Assembly: GCA_963815095.1 (NCBI GenBank)
Contig: CAWFFH010000007.1
Span: forward strand, 32,001 to 96,000
Length of the DNA stretch: 64,000 nucleotides
Direction: 5' to 3'
Source: Candidatus Bathyarchaeota archaeon
Lineage (GTDB): Archaea > Thermoproteota > Bathyarchaeia > Bathyarchaeales > Bathycorpusculaceae
The position numbers and the translations under genes were made by a program. Under the pieces are notes generated by a model that worked only from the letters and a program-made list of their open reading frames with translations, was not told the DNA's origin and searched no databases. Positions 47,862 through 57,889 of this stretch are shown one piece after another. The number at the start of each line of letters is the position of its first letter. The stretch's first letter is position 1.

Positions 47862-49918
47862 TCAAGAACCCCTTGAGTGAATTTTTCGGCTAATTCCTGA
47901 TTTTTTCTAGAAACAATTAGATTGTCTGCAAGTTTTTCAAGTTCTTTTTTTATGTCTAAACGAGAATTGCTTCGAAGCAAAATTTCAGCTATGGTCTTTT
48001 GAATATCTTGGGAGCCCTCTTTTAATTCTGCTAGCACGGTTTCCATTTTGCCAATTGTCATTGTAAACAACTCAATTTTTTGATATAGGATATGAAGGAC
48101 ATAATCGTCAATGGTATCTTTGACACTTAGGTTGAAAACCGTAACATCCCGATCTTGTTGGAACCTATGAATTCGCCCTATACGTTGCTCGATTTTCATA
48201 GGGTTCCAATGCAAATCATAATTAAACATTATACAACAATTTTGAAGGTTCAAGCCTTCCGCTGCTGCATCGGTTGCGACAAGATATTTGGTTTCGCCTT
48301 TTTTGAAACTTTCAATAACTTTGTCTCTATCATTTTGATCCATATCACCTAAGTAGACAGATGTTCTTCCAAAGTCTTGATCCAACATCTCTTTGAGTTT
48401 GTGGGTCGTTATTTTTCGTGAGCAAAATATTATTGCTTGTTCGTTGGGAATTTCTTTTAGAACGTTTCTTAACAACTCCATTTTTGCGCTATTGACTTTT
48501 GTCGCCATCTCAATTAAATGGCTAGTAACCTGGACCTCTGAAGGGAACCGTAGCTGTCTTTTTTTTAACGATTCAATAGCGGCTGACGGTGAACTTGAGA
48601 AAGACTGCTGCAAAGTAACAGCTTGAAACACTAAAATCGCGTTGCTTTGAGATGCACTGATTTTTCTATTCGGATTCTCGGCCATTAGGGTCTCTATTGT
48701 TTTGAAATGGTTTTTGCTCATATCCCGCAGGTATTCGGTTGCTTGATCAATAAATTCACGTTCGCTTTCATTTGCTTCGAGAGATCTGGATTCAACGCAT
48801 CGCTTAGTAAATGGAATTCCTGTTTGTTCTCGGCGAGTTCGACACATTACGTCTCGAAGGCTCTGTCGTAATTGGCTTGCTTCCTCTTCTTTTACAATTC
48901 GGCTTTTCGCGTCTTCAGCAAATCGAGAAATAAATGCACGTTCACTGTCAAGAATTCCAGGCTGAATTAAATCTACAATACTGTACAAATCCGTTAGCTT
49001 ATTGCATAAAGGAGTAGCGGTAAGAAGCAAGAAATGATTCTTTTTTAAATTGGCAATACAGGCTCTGCCTTTGCTATGGGTGTTTCTGAATGCATGCGCT
49101 TCATCTATTACAATTAAGTCCCATGTTCGACTTGCAAACTGGTCAATTTTTCTAGCTAAAAGGTTATGAGAACATAATATTCTATCGTCAGTTTCAATCA
49201 TAACGTGTTCTTTTGGGGTATTAGCTATAGAAAAGTTTTCTCCAAATTTTTCAGCCATTTCAGTTTTCCACTGAGACAAAAGACTCTTGGGCGAAATAAT
49301 TAAAATTGAATTAATCTCTTCTCTTAGAAGCAACTCTTTCATTATGAGCCCAGCCTCTATGGTTTTGCCAAGTCCCACCTCATCAGCTAAAATAGCATTT
49401 GCGTTCATATCATTTATTACTTGAAGTGCGGTTTGCATCTGAAAATTATACGGAATTAGTTTTGTTCGCAAAGCATCTAAAGCAATTAGTTGGTCGATTT
49501 TGCCCATATGTTTGATTTTGTGTGCTTCTAAATTCAATTGGAATTTCTGAAATTTTGAAAAACTCTTTGCCATGATTTTTTCTTTTATGCCGAAGGGATC
49601 GGAGAAACAAAGGGCATATTTGTGTTTAACTTTTTCACCGGTTGCTGTTTCCTCTACAAATTCATCCGAAATCATTCTCGGGGGAGATTTTATTGCCGTG
49701 GTTGATGTTTTCCCAACTAAGAGCTTCTTACTGTTCTTTTTGGGTAGCTTCTGAGTCTCCTCTATTGGCTTATCAACAATTAAAGATTCAACGCCTAAAA
49801 GTGAGGCACATTTTTCACAAATCTTGTCCTCAAGCTTCCCAGTTACAGAATCGGATTGCCCGCACGCGCGGCATTTAGCTTTGGAGTTAACAGGCAAGGG
49901 AATCGCGGTGTATTCCAT
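47858..49918 (-). CDS. SNF2-family helicase (YqhH/RapA-like)
   Basis: LADEVGLGKTIEAG, DEAH, LLTATP, AEGLNLQ, EQRIGRIHR. Confidence 0.95.
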   Translation of the reverse strand: MEYTAIPLPVNSKAKCRACGQSDSVTGKLEDKICEKCASLLGVESLIVDKPIEETQKLPKKNSKKLLVGKTSTTAIKSPPRMISDEFVEETATGEKVKHKYALCFSDPFGIKEKIMAKSFSKFQKFQLNLEAHKIKHMGKIDQLIALDALRTKLIPYNFQMQTALQVINDMNANAILADEVGLGKTIEAGLIMKELLLREEINSILIISPKSLLSQWKTEMAEKFGENFSIANTPKEHVMIETDDRILCSHNLLARKIDQFASRTWDLIVIDEAHAFRNTHSKGRACIANLKKNHFLLLTATPLCNKLTDLYSIVDLIQPGILDSERAFISRFAEDAKSRIVKEEEASQLRQSLRDVMCRTRREQTGIPFTKRCVESRSLEANESEREFIDQATEYLRDMSKNHFKTIETLMAENPNRKISASQSNAILVFQAVTLQQSFSSSPSAAIESLKKRQLRFPSEVQVTSHLIEMATKVNSAKMELLRNVLKEIPNEQAIIFCSRKITTHKLKEMLDQDFGRTSVYLGDMDQNDRDKVIESFKKGETKYLVATDAAAEGLNLQNCCIMFNYDLHWNPMKIEQRIGRIHRFQQDRDVTVFNLSVKDTIDDYVLHILYQKIELFTMTIGKMETVLAELKEGSQDIQKTIAEILLRSNSRLDIKKELEKLADNLIVSRKNQELAEKFTQGVLD

Positions 49919-50154
49919 CTCTAAGTATAAAAAGATAAAGTCAACCAAAACGCCATTTTAGCACGCATAATCAACAATCTGCTCCATCAAAATTCACTGA
50001 TTAAAGTTAATTTATTTTAGAGAAAAAAGAGACCAAATTCGAACAAAAAAACACAACCACTCAAACAAAACCAAACAATGCTTAGCGCGTAAGCTGTTGC
50101 TGTACGAGCACAGTCACAAAGAGTTATTTTTCCAAATGTAAAACTCATAAAGGA

Positions 50155-51156
50155 ATGCTTATGTCGGACATTATTGACGTCAAAGATCTTGTTTTAGTTT
50201 ACGGAGACGGCACCAAAGCAGTGGACAACATCTCTTTCAGCGTGAAAACTGGAGAATTCTTCGGATTTTTAGGCCCCAACGGCGCCGGAAAAAGCACCAC
50301 AATTAAGGTTCTAACAACTCTTCTAAGAAAAACATCAGGAACCGTTACAATCGCGGGTTACGATGTTGCAAAGCAAGCAGTCGATATTCGAAAAATCATA
50401 GGCGTTCAAAGTCAAGAAACAACTGTCGACGGCGATTTAACAGGTAGAGAAAATATTACCCTTCAAGGGCATTTCCATCAAATGAAAACTGATGAAATCA
50501 AAAGACGAGTAAACGAACTTCTGGGTTTAGTAGGTCTTGAAGAAGCTGCCGAAAAACGTGCCAGAAACTACTCGGGCGGAATGAAAAAACGCCTAGATTT
50601 GGCTACAGCCCTTGTCCATAAACCAAAAATCCTATTTCTAGACGAACCAACAACAGGCTTGGACCCTCAGTCACGTTCAGCCATTTGGAGTTATCTGGAA
50701 AAACTAAACAAAGAAGAAGGCATAACCATTTTCTTAACAACCCAATATCTAGAAGAAGCCGACAAACTATGCAAAAGACTTTCAATAATTGACGTTGGAA
50801 AAATAGTTTCGAGTGGCTCTCCGGCTGATTTAAAACGTGAAATTGGCGCAGATTCCATAAAAATATCACTTGAGAATTGTTCAAAAGACCAACTTAAAGC
50901 AAAAGAACTTATCAAAACTCTGATAGGTGTTAATGAAATATTAGTTTCTGAAGAATGCCTCACGGTTTATGCCAAAAACGCTGGATTATTAATACCGGAT
51001 ATTGTAAGGGCATTAGACAGCAGCGAAATACGGCTTTCATCAGTAACGTTTTCTTCGCCTTCACTGGATGATGTCTTCATGAAGCACACCGGAAAAAGAA
51101 TCCGCGCCGAAGAACTCGTTAAAGCTCCCAGCACAATGTTTGGAGGACGACGTTAA
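50155..51156 (+). CDS. ABC exporter ATP-binding subunit (DrrA-like)
   Basis: GPNGAGKST, YSGGMKKRL, LFLDEPT, TTQYLEEAD. Confidence 0.95.
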   Translation: MLMSDIIDVKDLVLVYGDGTKAVDNISFSVKTGEFFGFLGPNGAGKSTTIKVLTTLLRKTSGTVTIAGYDVAKQAVDIRKIIGVQSQETTVDGDLTGRENITLQGHFHQMKTDEIKRRVNELLGLVGLEEAAEKRARNYSGGMKKRLDLATALVHKPKILFLDEPTTGLDPQSRSAIWSYLEKLNKEEGITIFLTTQYLEEADKLCKRLSIIDVGKIVSSGSPADLKREIGADSIKISLENCSKDQLKAKELIKTLIGVNEILVSEECLTVYAKNAGLLIPDIVRALDSSEIRLSSVTFSSPSLDDVFMKHTGKRIRAEELVKAPSTMFGGRR

Positions 51157-51927
51157 ATGACTCTACTTTCTGATACTCGTTATGTTTTTATAAGGTACAT
51201 GACCAAACTTGTTCGAACTCCTATTTTGCTTTTCTTTTCGCTCTTCCAACCCCTTTTGTTCCTTTTGCTATTTACACAGTTACTAGGCAAACTTGGAAAT
51301 TTTGGAGTATTACCGAATGGCGTAAGCTATATAGAGTTTGCAACTGCGGGAATTCTGATTCAAAACGCGTTTGGAAGCGCTCTGCAATCAGGAAACTCAA
51401 TTGTGGCTGACATCGACTCAGGGTTCCTACAGAAAATGCTCGTGACACCTATGAGTCGTCCTGCGATTCTGCTAGGTAGGTTAACCAGCGACGCCTTTAG
51501 AGTAGTTGTCCAAACTGCAATAATTCTAGGTTTAGCTTATGCATTGGGCGCTTACGTCAACACAGGGATCATCGGAATTTTACTAATCTTTTTCACACTT
51601 GCATTCTTTGGTCTTGCATGGTCAGGAATATCCTTAGCATTAGGCATGAAGACGAGAAGTGCTGAGACAGTTTTTGCCATAGGAGGCGTTATTACTTTTC
51701 CATTGCTGTTCTTGAGTTCAGCTTTATTCCCGGTTACTTTCCTGCCCACCTGGGTGCAAGACGTTTCAAGGTTTAACCCCGTAAGCTACGCCGTTGACGC
51801 CAGCCGAGCACTAATGATCAATGGCTATGACTGGGGCACGATTCTTCCCGCATGGGGCGTAATCGGATTAGTTGCACTGATAACATTGAGCGCTACGCTG
51901 TATCAATTCAGGAAAGTAGTCAGCTAA
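51157..51927 (+). CDS. ABC-2 permease (DrrB-like)
   Basis: 6 TM; FNPVSYAVDASRAL. Confidence 0.92.
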   Translation: MTLLSDTRYVFIRYMTKLVRTPILLFFSLFQPLLFLLLFTQLLGKLGNFGVLPNGVSYIEFATAGILIQNAFGSALQSGNSIVADIDSGFLQKMLVTPMSRPAILLGRLTSDAFRVVVQTAIILGLAYALGAYVNTGIIGILLIFFTLAFFGLAWSGISLALGMKTRSAETVFAIGGVITFPLLFLSSALFPVTFLPTWVQDVSRFNPVSYAVDASRALMINGYDWGTILPAWGVIGLVALITLSATLYQFRKVVS

Positions 51928-52171
51928 AAAGCTGATTCTACTTAACAGGATAAAGGTGTGCATTCACTTCAGCGGGTTTGGGTAACCGCTTAATTTTGTA
52001 CCTCAATCACATCACAGCCTGATAAAATATTATCGTTTATTTTATTAATCCTTTACAGCGTGTTGATTGCTCTACAGTTCATGTTCATTAATTTTGACTA
52101 TATACTTTGCTGCTGAAATATGGAGAAAAATGTTTGTTTAGTATAACAGCTAATATACTTGAACGAATAAT

Positions 52172-52205
52172 TTTCCCTCGAAGCGAATCGTACTCTTCGG
52201 GGAAA
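52172..52205 (+). promoter_or_regulatory. Stem-loop in the 5' leader of the ABC importer
   Basis: tttccctcgaag / cttcggggaaa arms (1-nt bulge), directly before GGAG and the GTG start. Confidence 0.4.
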
Positions 52206-52216
52206 GGAGCGGCGCC

Positions 52217-53911
52217 GTGCTTAACAAACTCTGGAACACATTAAATAAACTGTCCTCTAAAAAACCCTTAAAGTACACTCTCTACCTTTCCGCAATCATA
52301 ATCTTCTTTGCGATAATCCTTGTACCGCCGATAATTGGTATTCTTCTAAAAATTGGAACAGTTCAAAATGTTCTCAACCAGCCAGCGTTGATGAATACGG
52401 CGTTATCTGCAGTCCAAAACTCGTTTATAATTGCATTAGTGGTGGCTGCTTTGGATTTACTAGCTGGAGTGCCTTTAGCATGGTTGATTACCCGTGGCAA
52501 ATCCAGGTGGTTAAGTGTTCTTGATACCTTAGCCGACATTCCCTTTGTTGTGCCTACAGCGGCTTTGGGTTATTCTATTTTGTTGTTTTGGAGTTCAACG
52601 GGCGGAATCTCAGACCTTTTCGGTTATTCGCTAATTTCCCCCGGCTGGCTATTGGTTATGCTGTTGCATTTCACCTTTTCCTTCCCTGTTGTTGTTCGAG
52701 TCATTGTTGGTGCTTTGCTTGATTACAAGATGGAGTATGAACGTGCATCACGAACCCTTGGAGCACCACCTTTAACCGCTTCGAGAACAGTAACTTTTCC
52801 TATCATAAAACCTTCTTTGATAGCGGCATTTTCTTTGGCTTTTGCCCGTTCCCTCTCTGAGACTGGAGCAACATTCATCGTGGCGGGAGCTTTCATAAAT
52901 GGCCCCGTTTTTATTCAAGGGTTGAAAAATCAGCTTGCAAGCGGTGTACCTGTACCTATCACTCAAGCGACATATGAAGGCGGCACCGTTTTTGCCAGTC
53001 TTATACTGATCGTTGTTTCACTGGTCATATTCGGTTTGATTCGGGTTCTAGGTCAAAAGTTAACGTTGCCTTTTGGAAAGGGTTTGCCCCTTGTTGAAAA
53101 AAAACTCAGTTACAAGAAAACAGCTTGGACCCGAAATGGAGTAGCTTTGACTGTTTTCCTGATTGTAGTTCTGATTCCTTCGCTTTTTGTTGCTTTACCA
53201 GCTTTTCAAGCAATTGCAACTGGTAACACTCTTGTTCAAGCATTTACTGGGCAGAGTATTTGGGCAAGTTTTTGGCAAAGTCTTTTACTGTCATATAGTT
53301 TAGGCGCAATTGTCACTGTGATTGGCATACTTACTGGCATACCGATGGCGATTTTGATTGCACGAAAAACATTCGGCAAATGGCCCTCAACTATTCTTGA
53401 CTCGCTAATCAACATTCCACTAATAGTGCCATCCATTGCATTAGGTATCTCTTTGAAATTCTTTTGGCAAGGTGTCCCCGGAATACCAGAATTCCTGCTG
53501 CTTGTATTTGCCCACCTATCAATTACCTACCCGTATTTCGTTAGGTCCATGTCAGCAGCGATGGAGAGAATAAACGTTGACATGGAAGAGGCAGCAAGAA
53601 CCTTAGGCGCCAGACCCTTTACTGTCTTCAAAACAATTGTGTTGCCTATCACAAAATACTCAATTCTCTCAGGAGCCATCATTGTATTTACTCGAAGCGT
53701 AAGTGAAACGGGGGCTACGTTAGCTGTAAGTTCGAAGCTTATCACTGCGCCGGTTTTGCTTGTTAACTGGGTAAACTCGGTACGAGGAATAACAGCTTCA
53801 ATTGTTGGCGTTAACTCTTTAACTGTTGGTTTAGCCTGTGGCTTCTTGATATTGTTTAGTTTCATAATCCTGTTAGTTTTGAGGCTTTTAACTAGAAAAG
53901 GAAAGGTTTAG
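52217..53911 (+). CDS. ABC importer permease with duplicated domain (Fe3+/thiamine/molybdate-tungstate class)
   Basis: Two EAA motifs (ERASRTLGA, EEAARTLGA) and FARSLSETGA/FTRSVSETGA. Confidence 0.9.
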   Translation: MLNKLWNTLNKLSSKKPLKYTLYLSAIIIFFAIILVPPIIGILLKIGTVQNVLNQPALMNTALSAVQNSFIIALVVAALDLLAGVPLAWLITRGKSRWLSVLDTLADIPFVVPTAALGYSILLFWSSTGGISDLFGYSLISPGWLLVMLLHFTFSFPVVVRVIVGALLDYKMEYERASRTLGAPPLTASRTVTFPIIKPSLIAAFSLAFARSLSETGATFIVAGAFINGPVFIQGLKNQLASGVPVPITQATYEGGTVFASLILIVVSLVIFGLIRVLGQKLTLPFGKGLPLVEKKLSYKKTAWTRNGVALTVFLIVVLIPSLFVALPAFQAIATGNTLVQAFTGQSIWASFWQSLLLSYSLGAIVTVIGILTGIPMAILIARKTFGKWPSTILDSLINIPLIVPSIALGISLKFFWQGVPGIPEFLLLVFAHLSITYPYFVRSMSAAMERINVDMEEAARTLGARPFTVFKTIVLPITKYSILSGAIIVFTRSVSETGATLAVSSKLITAPVLLVNWVNSVRGITASIVGVNSLTVGLACGFLILFSFIILLVLRLLTRKGKV

Positions 53912-53962
53912 AATGGCAAATCATAAACACTTCAAAAACGCTACACAGGGAGAGAGTTAATT

Positions 53963-55063
53963 ATGCCTGACGTCAGAGTCGTAAACGTAACAAAAAAATA
54001 CGGCAAACTCTACGCCTTAGACAACGTTAGCTTAACCATACATGACCAAGAGTACTTCTCTTTGCTTGGACCAAGCGGTTGCGGCAAAACAACACTTCTA
54101 AGGCTAATCGCCGGGCTCATTGAACCCGATAGCGGCGAAATCTACATAGGCGACCGCCGCATCGACAAAGTACCTCCTGAAGACCGCGACATCGGCTTTG
54201 TCTTCCAAACCTTCGCTTTGTTCCCACACATGACTGCTTGGAGCAACGTTCTATATGGCCCAAAAGTCAAGAATTACGATGCAAAACAGGCAGAAACGAT
54301 AGGACACGAAGTTCTTGAACTAGTAAAGCTCAACGAACGCTTGAACGCATATCCAAGCGAACTCAGCGGCGGAATGATGCAGAGAATAGCCGTTGCTCGA
54401 GCCTTGGCTGCAGGCGCGAAAACTCTACTTTTGGATGAACCCTTGGGACAGCTTGACGCTAAAGTGCGCAACGAGATTAGGTATGAAATTCGTAGAATGG
54501 CAAAAGACCTCAAATTAACTGCAATCCACGTAACCCACGATCAAGCAGAAGCAATGTCCATCTCTGACCGTATAGCAGTCATGAAAAAAGGCAAGATTGT
54601 TCAGGTTGGGTCCTCACAGGAACTTTACATGAATCCAAACAGTTTGTTTGTGGCTCATTTCATTGGGGAATCCAACTTTTTAGAAGGTTACATCACTAAT
54701 GCAAATGGCCAATCGGATATTGAGTTGAGGGAGGGTTTGAAGATTAAGGCCTCAAACCCGTTGAATATTAAGCCAAGCGAAAGAGTGGTTTTAGCTATAA
54801 GACCCGAAACGTGCGAAATGAGAAAGGGGCATATTGTGGCTGAGAATAGTTTGTTTGGGAAGGTTGAGAAGGCTACATTTGAAGGTATTGTTGTTCGTTA
54901 TGAAATCAGGCTTGATAATGGAGACCGATTCGTGATCAACCGACCCTCGCTTACAGAAGAATGGGGTAAAATCGGTGAAGACGTGACAATCACTTACCCA
55001 CTGGACAAAGCACATTTGTTCCCATATCCAGAAGCTGGTTTAGCCGAGGAAATCAAAGTCTAA
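53963..55063 (+). CDS. ABC importer ATPase (PotA/FbpC-like) with TOBE domain
   Basis: GPSGCGKTT, LSGGMMQR, LLDEP, VTHDQAEA. Confidence 0.95.
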   Translation: MPDVRVVNVTKKYGKLYALDNVSLTIHDQEYFSLLGPSGCGKTTLLRLIAGLIEPDSGEIYIGDRRIDKVPPEDRDIGFVFQTFALFPHMTAWSNVLYGPKVKNYDAKQAETIGHEVLELVKLNERLNAYPSELSGGMMQRIAVARALAAGAKTLLLDEPLGQLDAKVRNEIRYEIRRMAKDLKLTAIHVTHDQAEAMSISDRIAVMKKGKIVQVGSSQELYMNPNSLFVAHFIGESNFLEGYITNANGQSDIELREGLKIKASNPLNIKPSERVVLAIRPETCEMRKGHIVAENSLFGKVEKATFEGIVVRYEIRLDNGDRFVINRPSLTEEWGKIGEDVTITYPLDKAHLFPYPEAGLAEEIKV

Positions 55064-55434
55064 GGCTTCGTACAACATGAGATTTCTCATTTTTTAGCGT
55101 GCTTATTAATTTTTTTAAAAAACATGAAATTTTTCATATTTTTGTGCTTAAAATTTAAAAGCAAGTGTAGTATTTCTATGTGAACTAGCTCGGGGTAGTA
55201 TGGGAGAAAAAAGTGCAGAGGGAGAGGGTATACTAGGCAACTTTGTTGAAAATGAAGTTGCTTTCGTGAAAGACATCTGTCCTTCAAACACAGTTACTTT
55301 TGCTCATCTGCACAGTTTCTATCCAGATAAATTTAAATATGGTCATACCAAGGCTTTTGGTTATAAACAATACAAATTAAACTCTACTCTTGAGGGAGAT
55401 TTAATGATTGAATGGATAAATGGAGAGATGAATT

Positions 55435-55779
55435 ATGGATTATGAAGCGATTATTGAAGCCCTCTTAGCATTCCTATTAGTCTTCATCTCAACTTATGCA
55501 ATATACGCTTTAGGCAAGCGTGCAGCGCCTAAAACTACTATAAGCGAAAACGAACAATCATCCTACGCTTGTGGAGAAAAAGTAGTTTTCCGCGGCGTAA
55601 AAATCAACGTATCACTCTACAAATACCTGATTTACTTTGTTATCTTCGATTCATCCGTTTTAGTTCTTGCTTTCGCCTCTTTCTCAATAGCAGGAACAAC
55701 AAATCCTCTTCTTTTAATTCTCTACCTCGGCATAATTCTTGCCGCAGGAATAGTTCTCGTCGAAGGAGGAAAAGAATAA
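55435..55779 (+). CDS. NuoA/FpoA-like membrane subunit
   Basis: SYACGE, YFVIFD, 3 TM. Confidence 0.85.
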   Translation: MDYEAIIEALLAFLLVFISTYAIYALGKRAAPKTTISENEQSSYACGEKVVFRGVKINVSLYKYLIYFVIFDSSVLVLAFASFSIAGTTNPLLLILYLGIILAAGIVLVEGGKE

Positions 55780-56318
55780 TGACTGACACAAAGACATGGG
55801 CACGAGTAAAATCGCCATGGGTTCTACACTTTAACTCAGGAGCTTGCAACGGCTGCGACATAGAAATAGTCGCTTTACTAACACCAAAATACGATGTTGA
55901 ACGCTTCGGAGTAAAACTTGAACCATCACCACGCCACGCTGACGTTCTCCTAGTAACAGGCTGCGTTACCCAGCAATGTGCAGAACGACTAAAACGAGTC
56001 TATGACCAAATGCCACAACCCAAATTCGTTGTCGCCATTGGCGCATGCGCATGCAGCGGCGGAGTTTTCGAAGGAAACTACAATGTTCTTGGCGGAGTAG
56101 ACAAAGTAATTCCAGTAACCGCTTACATTCCAGGGTGCCCACCGCGTCCAGAAGCAATCTTAGACGGGGTAGTGAAGCTCCTAAATGCTTTAAACCCGCC
56201 CAAACCTAAAAAACAATCTAAACAGGAAAAAGCGCTTGAGGTTGCCAAACAAGAAGCCGTAGTAACACAAACGGCTCATCCAGTAGTTGAGGAGGTAAAA
56301 CAAATTGTCAAACAATAA
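55779..56318 (+). CDS. Hydrogenase small subunit (NuoB-like)
   Basis: SGACNGCDIE, SPRHADVLLVTG, GACACSGG, IPGCPPRP. Confidence 0.93.
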   Translation: MTDTKTWARVKSPWVLHFNSGACNGCDIEIVALLTPKYDVERFGVKLEPSPRHADVLLVTGCVTQQCAERLKRVYDQMPQPKFVVAIGACACSGGVFEGNYNVLGGVDKVIPVTAYIPGCPPRPEAILDGVVKLLNALNPPKPKKQSKQEKALEVAKQEAVVTQTAHPVVEEVKQIVKQ

Positions 56319-57882
56319 AATAGATATTCTTAGCATAATTGAATCAAAACTTGGAAACAAGGTCCAAATCCAACCAGGACACCTGAGCACAGGAACAATA
56401 ATTGCTCAAAACGGCTTGCACCGGGAGGTCCTAAAAGTGATGCTTGATGCTGACGAAAAAACAGGCATAACAGCCATAACTGGATTAGATCTTGGAGCAA
56501 CCATTGGCGTTTATTATCATGTTCACACATCCAACGCGTTTGTAACTATCAAAGCTCAAGTCCCTAAAGAAAACCCCAAAATCCAAACTATCGTAGACTT
56601 ACATCCAGGCGCAGTTTTTCATGAACTTGAAGTGGCTGATCTTTTAGGTGTCGTTTTCGAAGGACACCCAACCCCTGGTCATTTTGTTTTATCAGAAAAT
56701 TGGCCTATAGGTGTTTACCCGCTCAGGAAAGACGTTAAAGCAAACGAAGTAAAGCTGGTTCCAACCCCAGTATCTGAGGAAATTAAGCTTCCCGAAAATG
56801 AAAAGCTCGTGAAAATCATCATTGGTCCCCAGCATCCTGCGTTGTTGGAGCCTGAAAAGTTCGCGGTAACTGTCGAGGGTGAAACTGTAGTCAAGGTTGA
56901 ACCACGAATTGGCTACGTCCATAGAGGCATCGAGAAAGCAACTGAGTCACGCACTTATCTGCAAGATGTTTATTTGGTTGAACGAATCTGTGGAATCTGT
57001 AACAGCATCCATGCAGCAGGCTTTGTTGAATGCGTCGAAAAAATAGCAAAAACAGAAGTTCCTCCACGAGCCAAATACCTACGCGTTGTTGCTTTAGAAC
57101 TCAACAGGCTCCATAGCCACCTACTGACTTTAGGTCATGCAGGCTTAGAAATCGGGTACGAAACTTTGTTCCAGTATTTCTGGAGAGACCGAGAACCAAT
57201 TATGGATCTAATCGAGTTAACCAGCGGCAACCGCGTTTACTCTTCACTCATGACCATAGGCGGCGTACGACGAGACATCAAAGACACAGATATTCCAAAA
57301 ATCAAATCTACTCTCAAGACACTTCGAGGACAATTACCCTTCTACAGACAAGTTTACGAAAATGAACCCACACTTAGGTTGCGCATGAAAAACGTCGGGG
57401 TTCTCAAAAGGGATGATGCCCTTAAGCTCTCAGTAGTTGGTCCAGTGGCGAGGGCTTCTGGCGTCGACATTGATGTTCGCAAAGATGAGCCTTACGAAGC
57501 ATACGACGAGATTCCCTTCAAAGAAATAGTCTACAAAGAGGGCGACACTTGGGCTCGAATGAACGTTCGTATGGATGAAGTTGAAGAAAGTATCAACATA
57601 ATTGAATATGCAGTCGATAACTTACCATCAGGACCTTTCCGAATCGCTACACCCAGATCAATACCTGCAGGGGAAGCGGTAAATCGCGTTGAAGCTCCAA
57701 GAGGCGAACTATTCTACTACGTTAGAAGCAATGGCACAGACATGCCTGACCGCGTTAAAGTCCGCACTCCGACATTCGCTAACATTCCATCATTCCTCAA
57801 GACAGCAATAGGAGAGAGTATAGCAGATGTACCCGCCAACTTTGTTAGCTTAGACCCCTGCTTCTCATGCACAGACCGGTGA
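56305..57882 (+). CDS. Group 4 [NiFe] hydrogenase large subunit fused to a NuoC-like domain
   Basis: FHELEVADLLGVVFEGHP...YPLRKD (NuoC); ERICGIC and terminal DPCFSCTDR Ni-binding motifs. Confidence 0.93.
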   Translation: MSNNKIDILSIIESKLGNKVQIQPGHLSTGTIIAQNGLHREVLKVMLDADEKTGITAITGLDLGATIGVYYHVHTSNAFVTIKAQVPKENPKIQTIVDLHPGAVFHELEVADLLGVVFEGHPTPGHFVLSENWPIGVYPLRKDVKANEVKLVPTPVSEEIKLPENEKLVKIIIGPQHPALLEPEKFAVTVEGETVVKVEPRIGYVHRGIEKATESRTYLQDVYLVERICGICNSIHAAGFVECVEKIAKTEVPPRAKYLRVVALELNRLHSHLLTLGHAGLEIGYETLFQYFWRDREPIMDLIELTSGNRVYSSLMTIGGVRRDIKDTDIPKIKSTLKTLRGQLPFYRQVYENEPTLRLRMKNVGVLKRDDALKLSVVGPVARASGVDIDVRKDEPYEAYDEIPFKEIVYKEGDTWARMNVRMDEVEESINIIEYAVDNLPSGPFRIATPRSIPAGEAVNRVEAPRGELFYYVRSNGTDMPDRVKVRTPTFANIPSFLKTAIGESIADVPANFVSLDPCFSCTDR

Positions 57883-57889
57883 TCCAACA

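Noticed and set aside
40984-51927. M50 protease and DrrAB-like ABC exporter as the YydH/YydIJ equivalents of the RiPP cluster
   Set aside because: They are 17-27 kb away among unrelated genes and belong to common families; there is no linkage evidence.
55200-55445. 81-aa ORF upstream of the hydrogenase operon
   Set aside because: No recognisable motif, and it spans a likely promoter region (TTTAAATA, TTATAAA); cannot be supported.
55569-55778. N-terminal extension of the NuoB-like ORF
   Set aside because: It overlaps the NuoA-like gene; the true start is the ATG at 55779 after GGAGG (TAATG coupling).
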